DNA from: an uncultured Anaerolineae bacterium
GTDB lineage: Bacteria; Chloroflexota; Anaerolineae; Aggregatilineales; UBA3940
DNA: 64,000 nucleotides
Assembly (NCBI GenBank): GCA_964439625.1
Contig: CAYTPI010000001.1
Span: 80,944-144,943, forward strand
Direction of reading: 5' to 3'
Shown piece after piece: positions 1-9,177 of the stretch. The notes beneath the pieces are model-generated. The model saw nothing but the letters and a program-made list of their open reading frames with translations. It was not told the origin of the DNA and searched no databases. The position numbers were made by a program, and so were the translations under genes. Within the stretch, counting starts at the first letter, position 1. Every line of letters begins with the position of its first letter.

Positions 1-1004
1 GCGGCTGACGTGTGGCGCTTCAGTGCGATGAGCCAACCAAACAAACCGATCAACGCAATGGGGCTCAGCAAGAACAACCCTTGATTTGGGTCATCAGGCA
101 CGAACCACAACAGCGCCTGTAATCCATACAATAGGGGTGTTGTAAACGTAGCTGAGAGGTTCTCGTTTTCGGGCCAGAGGATGGTATCTGCGTAGAAGCG
201 TGAGAATTCGAGCGGCCCGCCAAAGTTGACGGTATTGTAAACCAGCAAAAATGCGACTGGCACAAGCGCCGCACCGACCAGTACCGACCACCAGCGGATT
301 GTGCCCGTGTTGCGGGGTAAGCGAGCCAGCAAAAGATACAACCCCACAATCACGACGAAGGGCACATTTGTATACTCGACCAATGGCGCGAACCCCAGCA
401 CAAAGCCTAACAGTAAGGCATCCCGCAGACGCAGTGACTCTGTGCGAATGGCCCGCAATGCGCCGTAAAGAGCTACAGTCAGCACTAACGCAGAAGCCGC
501 GTGTGAGTATAGGACTGTGCCATACTTCCAGATGGTGGTACCGAGTGCTAGCGCCAGCGTCGCTAAAGCTGCCGCTCGGATTGATACGTCAAATACATGC
601 CGCAGCAGCAAATAGAAAAGCGTCATAGCCAGCGCAGCACTCAGCGCAGCACCCAGCACCGCATAGATCACTTGTGCGTGACCTGCGTCATGCTTTGATG
701 GCACGTCAACCAGTGGTATGGGGCCGATGTACCCAAGAGCGTACAGTGGCGCACTCAGTAAGGCCGTCCCCGGTGGCCTATCTGAATAGTACTGCCCGTC
801 TCGAGTCGCGTAGTCTTGATTTTCGGTAAAAGAAAGATAGGGGTCAATCCGGAAGGAGCGATCATCGACTAAGGCGCGTACCAAGGCATAGTGCGATCCA
901 TCATTGCTTGATGTAATCCCGGAGATAGTAGCAAAGTAGACTGATGACAGCACAATAAAAATGAGTACTGCGATGTGTTTATCCACCGAAAAGTGACGAT
1001 TCAT
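1..1004 (-). CDS. Polytopic membrane glycosyltransferase-like protein (GT-C, ArnT/PMT-like); 3' end lies beyond the window
   Basis: Absent from the ORF track because no stop falls in the window. Manual reverse translation from the ATG at 1004-1002 stays open to position 1: MNRHFSVDKHIAVLIFIVLSSVYFATISGITSSNDGSHYALVRALVDDRSFRIDPY... It has many hydrophobic spans. The N-terminal loop motif SxDGSHYAL..AL....F.ID is typical of GT39/PMT_2-type enzymes (from memory, not searched). Confidence 0.6.
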   Translation of the reverse strand, partial: MNRHFSVDKHIAVLIFIVLSSVYFATISGITSSNDGSHYALVRALVDDRSFRIDPYLSFTENQDYATRDGQYYSDRPPGTALLSAPLYALGYIGPIPLVDVPSKHDAGHAQVIYAVLGAALSAALAMTLFYLLLRHVFDVSIRAAALATLALALGTTIWKYGTVLYSHAASALVLTVALYGALRAIRTESLRLRDALLLGFVLGFAPLVEYTNVPFVVIVGLYLLLARLPRNTGTIRWWSVLVGAALVPVAFLLVYNTVNFGGPLEFSRFYADTILWPENENLSATFTTPLLYGLQALLWFVPDDPNQGLFLLSPIALIGLFGWLIALKRHTSA

Positions 1005-1090
1005 AGCGCGCAGTGTAGCAAAATTTCGAGTTAACTACTATTTTTATGTGCGTTACGAGCAACTGACCTTCTGAAGATATACGGTTCTTC

Positions 1091-2311
1091 ATGCGACCTC
1101 ATTTGCGTAGTCTGTTTTTTGGATTTGTTGTGCTGGCTTTGACTGGATGTACCGGAGGCAGCTTGGAACCGACTCCCAGACCAACTACCGAGGCTTACGC
1201 CTACAGCCTGACTCAAGAAGCCCTGCCGCGGCACTTACGGGACGCGCAGTTTGAGGCAGCCTCAACGCTTGAGGCAGAGGAAGGTTTGACTGTTGCTGAG
1301 TATATGGAGGTGCAGGCGCCAACGCCCACATATATACCGCTGCCCACCGAAGAGAACCTGCTGCCGCCCCTACTGCCGTACCCCAACCAACCTATGAGCG
1401 ATGGCTTGTTGCTGGCGCGCCTTGGGGTCGCCGAATGCCGCGGCATGGGGCCACGTCGTGATCAGTGCCACTTTTCGGTCATGTCTACGGTAATGACGCG
1501 CATCAAGTATCGGTTTGTTAGTGACGGCACAGTCTACGGCACGCTTGATTGGGGTGTTGATGGCACCCAGCCGCAGTTTGTGCCATGGGTCACGCGAGGC
1601 TGCAATGGGATTTCAGCCGCAGCCTGTAACGATAACGAACCAATCCAGTGGGCGGTGGATAACGCTTATGCCTTTTTGGCTGGGCAGACGATGCCGGGTA
1701 CCTGTAACGGTTACGTTTACTATAATTCGATTCCCGGCGGCGAAAATGAATGCTTGCTGACGGGGAGCGGTCAGTTTGTAGAGTTCTTCCAACAGTATGA
1801 CGACTCGGTGCCGGGGCCGCGTACCGTTCCGCCGACATTCACACCAGCCCCCACACCGACGGCTACGCCCCGGGTTGGGGCTCAATTCACTGAAGGCATC
1901 TTACTGACGGATTTGGGCATTGCCCAATGTCGTGAGTTCCGCGGAGACATCCGTGATCTATGCCACCTCTCCCTGATCTCGCTGGTGTACGCTCGGATAG
2001 CAGCCGAATACAAAAGTGATGGCACCCTCTACGGCACGCTAGCTCATAATATTGGTATTGGCACACCCGCTTTCGACCCGTGGATCACCTATAGCTGTGA
2101 CCCCGTTTACACGGAAACCTGCCTTGACAATGTCGATACCGAATGGGCGCTCGAAAACGCCTATGCCTATCTCTCTAACCAACCGTTGGACGGGGCCTGT
2201 ACCGACTTCCTCGAATACACACGCGTGCCAGATCAGAACAATAGTTGTATTTTGCAGCAGGGCGGCCTGTACATTGGCTTCCATACCCCGCTCGAATCGC
2301 AAGTAGACTGA
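1091..2311 (+). CDS. Secreted lipoprotein with two tandem SleB/Hydrolase_2-like cell-wall hydrolase domains
   Basis: Lipobox LALTGC follows a basic N-terminus. Two homologous ~130-aa modules (aa ~105-235 and ~268-395) are joined by a PT-rich linker (PPTFTPAPTPTATP). Each module has LL(A/T)(R/D)LG(V/I)A(E/Q)CR, SDGT(V/L)YGTL and six spaced Cys. Confidence 0.7.
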   Translation: MRPHLRSLFFGFVVLALTGCTGGSLEPTPRPTTEAYAYSLTQEALPRHLRDAQFEAASTLEAEEGLTVAEYMEVQAPTPTYIPLPTEENLLPPLLPYPNQPMSDGLLLARLGVAECRGMGPRRDQCHFSVMSTVMTRIKYRFVSDGTVYGTLDWGVDGTQPQFVPWVTRGCNGISAAACNDNEPIQWAVDNAYAFLAGQTMPGTCNGYVYYNSIPGGENECLLTGSGQFVEFFQQYDDSVPGPRTVPPTFTPAPTPTATPRVGAQFTEGILLTDLGIAQCREFRGDIRDLCHLSLISLVYARIAAEYKSDGTLYGTLAHNIGIGTPAFDPWITYSCDPVYTETCLDNVDTEWALENAYAYLSNQPLDGACTDFLEYTRVPDQNNSCILQQGGLYIGFHTPLESQVD

Positions 2312-2377
2312 GATAACTACTGCTACCCTCTCTAGGGTACACTCTACGCTAGATTAACTTTATTAGGGGATATACCT

Positions 2378-3574
2378 TTGCAAACCGAGTCGGATAACCG
2401 TCTCAATTACATTCGCTTGGTCTCTTACTATCTTGGATTTTTGGGGCTGGGCGCGACTCTGGTTGCGATTGGCCCAACCCTGCCCGATCTGGCAGAGCAA
2501 ACGGGTGTGACGCTAGCCGCTGCGGGTTTTCTGTTTACCATTCGCTCGGTTGGCTCGGTGATCGGTGCCAGCAATGCCAGTTGGATCTATAAAAAACTGC
2601 GCGCTCACCATATGATCGCGATTGCTCTGTCGATTCTAGCGATCACCATCGCCCTGACTCCTTTGATCCCTAGTTTTTGGTTGTTGTGCGTTGTGTTGTT
2701 GATCATGGGGTTTGGCTCTGACCTGATGCAAGTTGGTGGAACCAGTTCCATTATGCGGATGTTTAGGGGCAAGGTTGGTCCTTACATGAACGCACAAGGG
2801 GTGGCCTTTGGCATTGGTATGTTGATTGCGCCCGTGCTCGTGTTAGAACTGCTGCTGCGAACTGGAGAACTGCGTTACGGCTATTGGGTGTTGGCTCTGT
2901 TGTTCGTCCCAACGATCATCGCTGTGCTGCGCCTGCCAGACCCACCCATGACTTCAGCCGAGGCGACAATCAAAGGGACGCGTGAGGGCTACCGTATGGT
3001 TATTTCGGCGGCGATCTTTCTGTCGTTAGTGGTTGGCATCGAAGTGACCGTTGCTGGTTGGGTAGCGACATATGCAACCACGCTTGGCTTAATGCCCCGG
3101 TCGGCAGCCGGCCTACTGACGTCTGCGTTTCTCGGCATGATTATGGTAGGTCGCTTTTTGGCTATCCCAGTCAGCGGCGTGCTTAATTTACGTGCTCTCT
3201 TATCTATCTTGCTGTTGGGGTGTATTGGAAGTGTTGCTATCCTGATTTGGATACCTGGGAATACGACGCTTTGGGGGGCGATTATGCTGTTTGGTACAGT
3301 ATTTGGCCCGCTCTTTCCGACGATGCTCGGCTACGTTGAGCAGCGAGTGCCCGTCACAGGAAGCATGAACAGCATCTACTTTATTGGTGGCGCTACTGGC
3401 GCGATGATCTATCCTTGGGTGGCAGGCCAACTGTTTGTGAATGTTGCACCGACAACCTTATTCCGGATGGTCTTGGTGATGATATTGGCAGCCGTCGTCA
3501 TCTTTGGGGTGTTGTTGTACCCCAAACGTGATGCACACATTGACCCACTGTCGGCTTCTGTATCCGCTAAATAA
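2378..3574 (+). CDS. MFS-type transporter
   Basis: 398 aa with about 12 hydrophobic spans in a 6+6 layout and a central loop. TTG start at 2378. Confidence 0.75.
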   Translation: MQTESDNRLNYIRLVSYYLGFLGLGATLVAIGPTLPDLAEQTGVTLAAAGFLFTIRSVGSVIGASNASWIYKKLRAHHMIAIALSILAITIALTPLIPSFWLLCVVLLIMGFGSDLMQVGGTSSIMRMFRGKVGPYMNAQGVAFGIGMLIAPVLVLELLLRTGELRYGYWVLALLFVPTIIAVLRLPDPPMTSAEATIKGTREGYRMVISAAIFLSLVVGIEVTVAGWVATYATTLGLMPRSAAGLLTSAFLGMIMVGRFLAIPVSGVLNLRALLSILLLGCIGSVAILIWIPGNTTLWGAIMLFGTVFGPLFPTMLGYVEQRVPVTGSMNSIYFIGGATGAMIYPWVAGQLFVNVAPTTLFRMVLVMILAAVVIFGVLLYPKRDAHIDPLSASVSAK

Positions 3575-4726
3575 TTATATCAGCGTCGCCATATAGATAA
3601 TAAATGCGAGCAGCGCTATCAGCATGATCGTCAACAGCAGTGGTATGAGTATGCTGCGCGTTTCTTCTTGAGGTTGCACCGCTGACGTCGGCTGTGATGC
3701 ATAAGTTCGCGCTCTTGGCTGCGCTGTTGGGGCAGGTGTAGCCGCCTCCTGCTCGACTTGTTCAATAGGGCGGTCAGGGGCAAAGTTATCCATCGGCTGG
3801 CCCTCCATGTCATATTGAGGGGTTAATTCTCCGGGTCGACGCGGCGGCGGGTTGTTGCCGTTTAATGTTTCCGTTGACGAATCTTCATATGGGATTGGTT
3901 CAATAACAGAGTGCCCGGCAGCGTGTGCCATCATCCGGGCAATGGCTGACGCCGTCGCTGGGCGTGCTTCAGGGTCAAAATGGAGAGCTTGGAAGAGTGC
4001 CACGATGACACCAGGCGGTAGGTCGGGGCGGTACTTGCGGATATCAACCTCATACCTGCCTTGCTTATACGCCTTCTGGAGATCATCCAGCGTTTCAGCT
4101 TCACATGGCAAACGCTGCGATAGCGCCTCGAACAGCAGCACGCCAAATGAAAAAATATCGCTGGCAGGGGTAACTTCGCTGCCAAAGGCGACTTCTGGGG
4201 CTACATAGGGATACGCCCCGAATGTATAGCCGCCTGCACCGCCAGCAAGCCCAAAATCTGCGAGATAAGCGTGTCCGTAAGCGTCAAAGAGAACATTGTC
4301 GGGCTTCAGATCACGATGCACGATACCTTGTTTGTGCGCGTAATCAAGGGCTTGCGCAATTGGCGGAGCGAAACTAAGCGTGCGCTTTAATGATATTAAA
4401 TAGCTGGGGTTATATATATGGTCAGATAAGGTGCCGCCCGTCACGTAACCCATGGCAATGAACGGCTGCTGGTTGTGACTGCCCACCTCATAGATCGGCA
4501 AAATATGCGGGTGTTGTAAACGAGCCGTCGCTAATGCCTCCTGCTCGAAGCGTCGGCGGGCATCCGCCGTATGGCTGTAGTTAGCGTTGATTACTTTGAC
4601 GGCAACGACACGGTCAAGGTCGGCTTGATAGGCTTCATAGACGGTACCCATACCACCTGTGCCGACTTCGCGAATAAGTTGATAGCGGCCTATCCAGCCA
4701 AGATTGTAATCGGTTGTTTGCTTCAC
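3575..4726 (-). CDS. Hanks-type Ser/Thr protein kinase, C-terminally tail-anchored
   Basis: Motifs GTGGMGTVY, VAVK, HRDLKPDN, DFG and APE. A Pro/Gln-rich linker leads to a single TM helix at the extreme C-terminus (ILIPLLLTIMLIALLAFIIYMATLI-stop). Confidence 0.9.
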   Translation of the reverse strand: MKQTTDYNLGWIGRYQLIREVGTGGMGTVYEAYQADLDRVVAVKVINANYSHTADARRRFEQEALATARLQHPHILPIYEVGSHNQQPFIAMGYVTGGTLSDHIYNPSYLISLKRTLSFAPPIAQALDYAHKQGIVHRDLKPDNVLFDAYGHAYLADFGLAGGAGGYTFGAYPYVAPEVAFGSEVTPASDIFSFGVLLFEALSQRLPCEAETLDDLQKAYKQGRYEVDIRKYRPDLPPGVIVALFQALHFDPEARPATASAIARMMAHAAGHSVIEPIPYEDSSTETLNGNNPPPRRPGELTPQYDMEGQPMDNFAPDRPIEQVEQEAATPAPTAQPRARTYASQPTSAVQPQEETRSILIPLLLTIMLIALLAFIIYMATLI

Positions 4727-4885
4727 GCTATGTTATTCAAAAAAGAATCGTCAGACTAGAGTGTACAAAGCGTTTGCGAGTACTGCCGTATGGCGCGTTC
4801 GATTTCCGTTTGTCAAATGTACATTAACCCTTTTGACAACCATATAACCCTCCGTTAACATACATTCAAGCGTTTAAAGCGCATT

Positions 4886-5012
4886 GAGTGCTGCTGAAGG
4901 AGTCGGGTCCTACGCGGCGTATACCGATGAACCTGGTCAGGTCCGAGAGGAAGCAGCCATAAGACGGACCATACGGGTGCCGTAGGGTTGCCTGGCTCCC
5001 TCAGCAGCACTC
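4886..5012 (+). ncRNA. ffs: Signal recognition particle RNA (small bacterial 4.5S type)
   Basis: Conserved domain-IV core cctGGTCAGGTCCGAGAGGAAGCAGCCataag (E. coli 4.5S has GGUCAGGUCCGGAAGGAAGCAGCC). The terminal helix is closed by perfect pairing of GAGTGCTGCTGA (4886-4897) with TCAGCAGCACTC (5001-5012), followed by a T-run (5013-5020). Confidence 0.9.
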
Positions 5013-5084
5013 TATTTTTCTGTAGCTGAGGGCAACACCCACTACGCCCTACCTATCTTTATGCTCAACGGTTAGATTGTATTC

Positions 5085-6653
5085 ATGACCCGTCGTGATC
5101 GTTCACGCATGCCGCTCCCAGGTGAGCATCCAATTCATGTTTACGGACACAAAAAAGCACGCCGCAAAGTAAAACCCAAGTATGGGTTTATTCGTAATTT
5201 CGGCCCGCCACTGCTCTTTGTTGCTGGTATTGTTTTGTTGGCATGGTTCTGGATGACGCTGCGAATTCCTGTCACATTGGTGGTGAATGGTCAGCCGGTA
5301 GATGTACGGACGCACCGACGGACGGTGTCTGGCGCGCTGCTGGCTGCTGGCTATGACCCAACACAGGTCGTCTTTAGTGACCCTGACTTAACCCAGGCCA
5401 TCAACCGAAATATGGTTATTACTGCAGCGATTGTGCGTCCGGTGATCGTTTATGCCGATGGTGAACGTATCACTGTGACGACGCAGGCTACCGACCCGGC
5501 GGCGATTGTGGCAGAGGCTGGCTTAGCCTTCGGCTTGGGTGACCAAATAACTGTTTCCCGTTACGCGGCACCAACTGCCGCGGAGATAGACGCAAACCCC
5601 GAGTTGGGGTCAATTCCAGCAGTGCCGCGCGAGATCACTATTGAACGTGGGCGCACATTGATTGTCAGTGAGACCCTACCAGATGGTACGATGAATCGCG
5701 TCAGCCTTACAACAGGAGCCAGTACCCTTGGGCCAGCGTTGCTGGATGCAGGTTATGAACTGTTTGCTGCGGATGAAGTCAACGTGCCGTTGGATGCGCC
5801 GGTCGTCCCCGGTATGGAAGTCACTATCGAGCGGTCGCTCCCTGTGACGATCATAGCGGACGGCTTGACCATGCAGCATCACACGCAGGAGACAATCGTC
5901 GCAGATATCTTAGCAGAAAATGGCCTTGCCCCCCTCACAGACGATTACACCATCCCCCAAATGCAAACCACAGTGGCACCTGGTGAAGTGATTCAATTGG
6001 TGCGCGTCACCTATGAACTAATCGAGCAGCGAGAGCCAATTCCCTTTGATGTGCGCTACATCCCTGACCCGGAAATGAACCTAGACCAACTGGTGGAAGT
6101 TCGGCCGGGTGGAGCTGGTACGCGCGTCGTTCAAACACGTGTACGTTATGAGGATGGGCAAGTGGTGGCGCGTCTGCCGGCTGGCTCGTGGGTCGAAGCG
6201 TATCCACAGGCGCAGGTCATCGCGTATGGGACAAATATCGTGCTGCGTACTCAGACAACGGTTGATGGTCAGATAACTTATTGGCGTAAACTGCGAATGC
6301 TGGCAACATCTTACAGTCCACTGACGGCTGGCGAGAAGCAGCCGGGCGATCCGTTTTTTGGCCTCTCGGCGACTGGGGCGGAAGTTGTTAGGGGGATTGT
6401 TGCTACCGATCCACGGGTCGTGCCGCTTGGCACCAGTGTGTACGTGCCGAACTACGGTACGGGCCTCGCGCTCGACATCGGTGGGGCCGTTAAGGGGATG
6501 CGGATCGATCTAGGGTATGACGATGCCAACCTCGTATTGTGGAACAACTGGACGGATGTTTACCTGACGCCGCCCGTGCCGCCCCCTGATCAAATCGTCT
6601 GGGTGCTGCCTGAGATCGCAGAGATTGATGGCATACCAGCAGACAGGCCATAA
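5085..6653 (+). CDS. YabE/Rpf-like cell-wall protein: TM anchor, DUF348 repeats, G5 domain and 3D (RlpA-like) domain
   Basis: N-terminal TM span. Repeated VNGQPVDVRTH / ADGERITVTT-type DUF348 units. G5-like EPIPFDVRYIPDPEMNLDQLVEVRPGGAGTRVVQTRVRYEDGQVV. C-terminal 3D motif ATSYSP...TATGAEVVRGIVATDPRVVPLGTSVYVPNYG...DIGGAVKGMRIDL. Confidence 0.85.
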   Translation: MTRRDRSRMPLPGEHPIHVYGHKKARRKVKPKYGFIRNFGPPLLFVAGIVLLAWFWMTLRIPVTLVVNGQPVDVRTHRRTVSGALLAAGYDPTQVVFSDPDLTQAINRNMVITAAIVRPVIVYADGERITVTTQATDPAAIVAEAGLAFGLGDQITVSRYAAPTAAEIDANPELGSIPAVPREITIERGRTLIVSETLPDGTMNRVSLTTGASTLGPALLDAGYELFAADEVNVPLDAPVVPGMEVTIERSLPVTIIADGLTMQHHTQETIVADILAENGLAPLTDDYTIPQMQTTVAPGEVIQLVRVTYELIEQREPIPFDVRYIPDPEMNLDQLVEVRPGGAGTRVVQTRVRYEDGQVVARLPAGSWVEAYPQAQVIAYGTNIVLRTQTTVDGQITYWRKLRMLATSYSPLTAGEKQPGDPFFGLSATGAEVVRGIVATDPRVVPLGTSVYVPNYGTGLALDIGGAVKGMRIDLGYDDANLVLWNNWTDVYLTPPVPPPDQIVWVLPEIAEIDGIPADRP

Positions 6654-6676
6654 ATACCAGACATATAAAAAGCTAA

Positions 6677-6704
6677 AAAGTCCTGCTTCTACAAGCAGGA
6701 CTTT
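6677..6704. terminator. Bidirectional stem-loop between convergent genes
   Basis: aaagtcctgctt-ctac-aagcaggacttt forms a 12-bp perfect stem with A-run/T-run flanks. It lies between the stops at 6653 (+) and 6728 (-). Confidence 0.7.
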
Positions 6705-6727
6705 AATGTAAGTTGCGAAACCATTAT

Positions 6728-8026
6728 TTAATCTTTAGCAATGATATCCTCAGCAGCGGCTGCCAGTTCGTCACTGTCTTCGATTGCATCATTAACGGTT
6801 TGCCTGTTGTCCGCCAGACGGTTTTCTACCTCATTTACGATCAATGCTGCGGAGTTGTCGCTTTCACTACGGGTAGAGAGCCATACTAACTGCTCATCAG
6901 ATGAGACGTCGTCAAGGCTCAGCGCAATTTGACGATCTTCCGTGTTAATTTCGATGATGCGCACGGGCAGCTCATCACCCTTGCGCACTACATCGCTGGG
7001 GTGGCTTGGATTGTAGCTTGCCATTCGGCTCACATGCAGCAGACCAACAATGCCATTTGGCAGCATCGCAAAGGCCCCGAAGTCAACGACGTTGGTGACG
7101 TTCACTGTAATGATGTCACCGACATTATATTCCTCGTTGACATTCTGCCATGGGTCAGGCAGCACGGCCTTACGACTGAGGCTAATACGTTCCTTCTCAA
7201 CGTCAACTTCTTCGATGCGCACCTTGACTTTTTCCCCAACTTTCAGGATGTCACTGGGTGCCTCTACAAACTGCCAATCCAACTCAGACACATGAATCAA
7301 GCCGTCAACACCGCCAATGTCAACGAAGGCACCGTAAGGCATCAAACTGACTACCGTTCCTTCGATTACGTCGCCGACGTTCAAGTCTTCCATGCGTTGG
7401 GCCCGCGCCTGTTGCTGTGCGGCCCGCTCAGATAAAACCAGCCGGTTGCGCTGGCGGTTAATGTCGATGACTTTCAATTGAAGTTTATTTTCGACCATGT
7501 CAGATTTAGCGTCAGCCATTTCATCACGGCTTTGCCCGCGTGGAACCTCTAACAGATGTGAGTTCGGGACAAACCCACGGATTCGACCGAAGCTCACCAG
7601 AACGCCACCCTTATTCGTGCCGACCACCTGTGCTGAGACGGTCTCACCCGACTCTAACAGTTGCTCAGCCCGCTCCCAGTCTTTTTCCTCTAACGCCCGG
7701 TTGATTGAAACAATCAACTGACCATTCGAATTGCGCGGCTGTAAGACATAGACTTTAATCTCTTGACCCTTCACTAGGCTGTCAACCAGCTCTTCGTCAA
7801 GTCTGTCAAGGTCAGTCCTTGGTACGAACGCATCTCGTTTCGCACCAACATCAACCATAATATCCGTCTCGGTTTTCTCGAGAATGATTCCGTCTAGAAT
7901 CTGACCACGCTCTGGGTCATCATAATCGTAAGCGTCCAGTAATTCAGCGAAGCTTAGATCGTCATTATCATCATTACTCTGGGATTTCATAGTCGCGCTG
8001 TAATCCATATCAGTTGTCAAGGTCAA
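6728..8026 (-). CDS. rpsA: 30S ribosomal protein S1 (four S1 domains, acidic N- and C-terminal extensions)
   Basis: Four repeated S1/OB modules (GQILDGIILEKTETDIMVDVG..., GETVSAQVVGTNKGGVLVSFG..RGFVP, VGDVIEGTVVSLMPYGAFVDIGGVDGLIHVSEL, VGDIITVNVTNVVDFGAFAML). TTG start sits 9 nt after a GGGAG RBS; ATG at 8008 is an alternative start. Confidence 0.9.
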   Translation of the reverse strand: MTLTTDMDYSATMKSQSNDDNDDLSFAELLDAYDYDDPERGQILDGIILEKTETDIMVDVGAKRDAFVPRTDLDRLDEELVDSLVKGQEIKVYVLQPRNSNGQLIVSINRALEEKDWERAEQLLESGETVSAQVVGTNKGGVLVSFGRIRGFVPNSHLLEVPRGQSRDEMADAKSDMVENKLQLKVIDINRQRNRLVLSERAAQQQARAQRMEDLNVGDVIEGTVVSLMPYGAFVDIGGVDGLIHVSELDWQFVEAPSDILKVGEKVKVRIEEVDVEKERISLSRKAVLPDPWQNVNEEYNVGDIITVNVTNVVDFGAFAMLPNGIVGLLHVSRMASYNPSHPSDVVRKGDELPVRIIEINTEDRQIALSLDDVSSDEQLVWLSTRSESDNSAALIVNEVENRLADNRQTVNDAIEDSDELAAAAEDIIAKD

Positions 8027-8429
8027 CTGTACTATCTCCCTTCAAAAAAACTAAAATAAAGCACCCTGCCGCGTTTTGACGAGTTCACGGTAACTGTGCG
8101 CCTCCTGTATTAAGTTAGACGGGTGCAGCCTGAACTAACTTACAGAAATGTATCAGGCGAAAGCCTGATTATACACGCCTCCTATAAACATAAAAGCCAC
8201 TGCGCAATGGAACGAGCAACACATGTGGCACACTCGGGCTAACATCACCCGGTAAAATACTCAATTGGATAAACCAATTTACGCTTGTCAAGTATGACGA
8301 TGTTCCATTGTTCGGTCAATTATTTCTCAGAAGACCATTTGGTTTATTTTATCTTTGCTAATCTAGTTAGACAAGCATTCTATGATATATTCATTGATAG
8401 TTTACCCACAGTTTGTATGAAGGGTATTA

Positions 8430-8503
8430 AATAGCATGCTGATCAGCATGCTATTGAGAAAAATCTAATGTAATTGTGAACCCCAGTCGCTCTTAGAGCG
8501 ACT
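8430..8503 (-). terminator. Two stem-loops downstream of the 8515-8958 CDS
   Basis: Hairpin agtcgctc-tta-gagcgact (8485-8503) and a 26-nt perfect palindrome aatagcatgctg/cagcatgctatt (8430-8455). On the minus strand the palindrome is followed by TTTAAT. Confidence 0.4.
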
Positions 8504-8514
8504 AGATTAAAAAT

Positions 8515-8958
8515 TTACATTGATGGCGAAGCGACTGAGGACATGCTATCACCAGTGTATTCAGCGTCACCATAGCCAGCAAGTAGGTAAGGAATTGAGC
8601 AGTTGCTTAAGGCACCCAAGATAGCGTAGAGCGTGCTGGATTCGGGTTTGCCATACACTTCGGCTGTTGCTTGACCGATTAGGAAACCAAACACCAAATT
8701 GAGGGGTGAGATCAACATAAGTAGACCATACCAGCCCGGTTTCTTGGCAACTTCTGCCATCACCCAGTAGTTATAAACTGGGATAATTGCCTTCCAACCT
8801 GGTTCGCCCGCTTTCTCAAAAGCTTGCCAGATGCCGTAAATGACTGCAACAGTAATTGCCAAACCGATGATGAAGCTGCAAAGGCCACCGATGATTGCCG
8901 CAAAAGTGCCGCCGCTTCCGTCGCCCTGTTGCAACAAAACTGCCAATGGAATATCCAC
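8515..8958 (-). CDS. Small membrane protein, DUF5684-like
   Basis: 147 aa with 3-4 TM spans. The motif KAGEPGWKAIIPVYNYWVMAEVAKKPGWYGLLMLI resembles the DUF5684 signature (KAG.PGW.alIPiYN...l....grpgWW), from memory. Confidence 0.6.
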   Translation of the reverse strand: MDIPLAVLLQQGDGSGGTFAAIIGGLCSFIIGLAITVAVIYGIWQAFEKAGEPGWKAIIPVYNYWVMAEVAKKPGWYGLLMLISPLNLVFGFLIGQATAEVYGKPESSTLYAILGALSNCSIPYLLAGYGDAEYTGDSMSSVASPSM

Positions 8959-9177
8959 TTCTTAACTCCTATAAGGTTGAGGATCAAAAGATACAAAGCA
9001 TGATCATTATAGACACTCTTGCACATTGTGCCACTGCTCCCTCATATATTACTATAGTTCCAGCTCAAGACCTTGTTAAATGTAGTTTGCCAGTTGCTTG
9101 TTCGGTCGGCACCATGTTGGTTGATTAGGCGCTATAATAGTCACGGAGCATAGTCAACCACAGGGATAGAGACTGAG

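Noticed and set aside
65-628. Track ORFs 65-349(-), 94-291(-) and 251-628(+).
   Set aside because: All fall inside, and out of frame with, the long open minus-strand frame (1-1004) that encodes a coherent membrane protein.
8430-8455. The 26-nt perfect palindrome aatagcatgctgatcagcatgctatt, considered as a transcription-factor operator.
   Set aside because: Its position about 60 nt downstream of the 8515 stop, and its pairing with a second hairpin, fit a terminator better. An operator role cannot be excluded without data.
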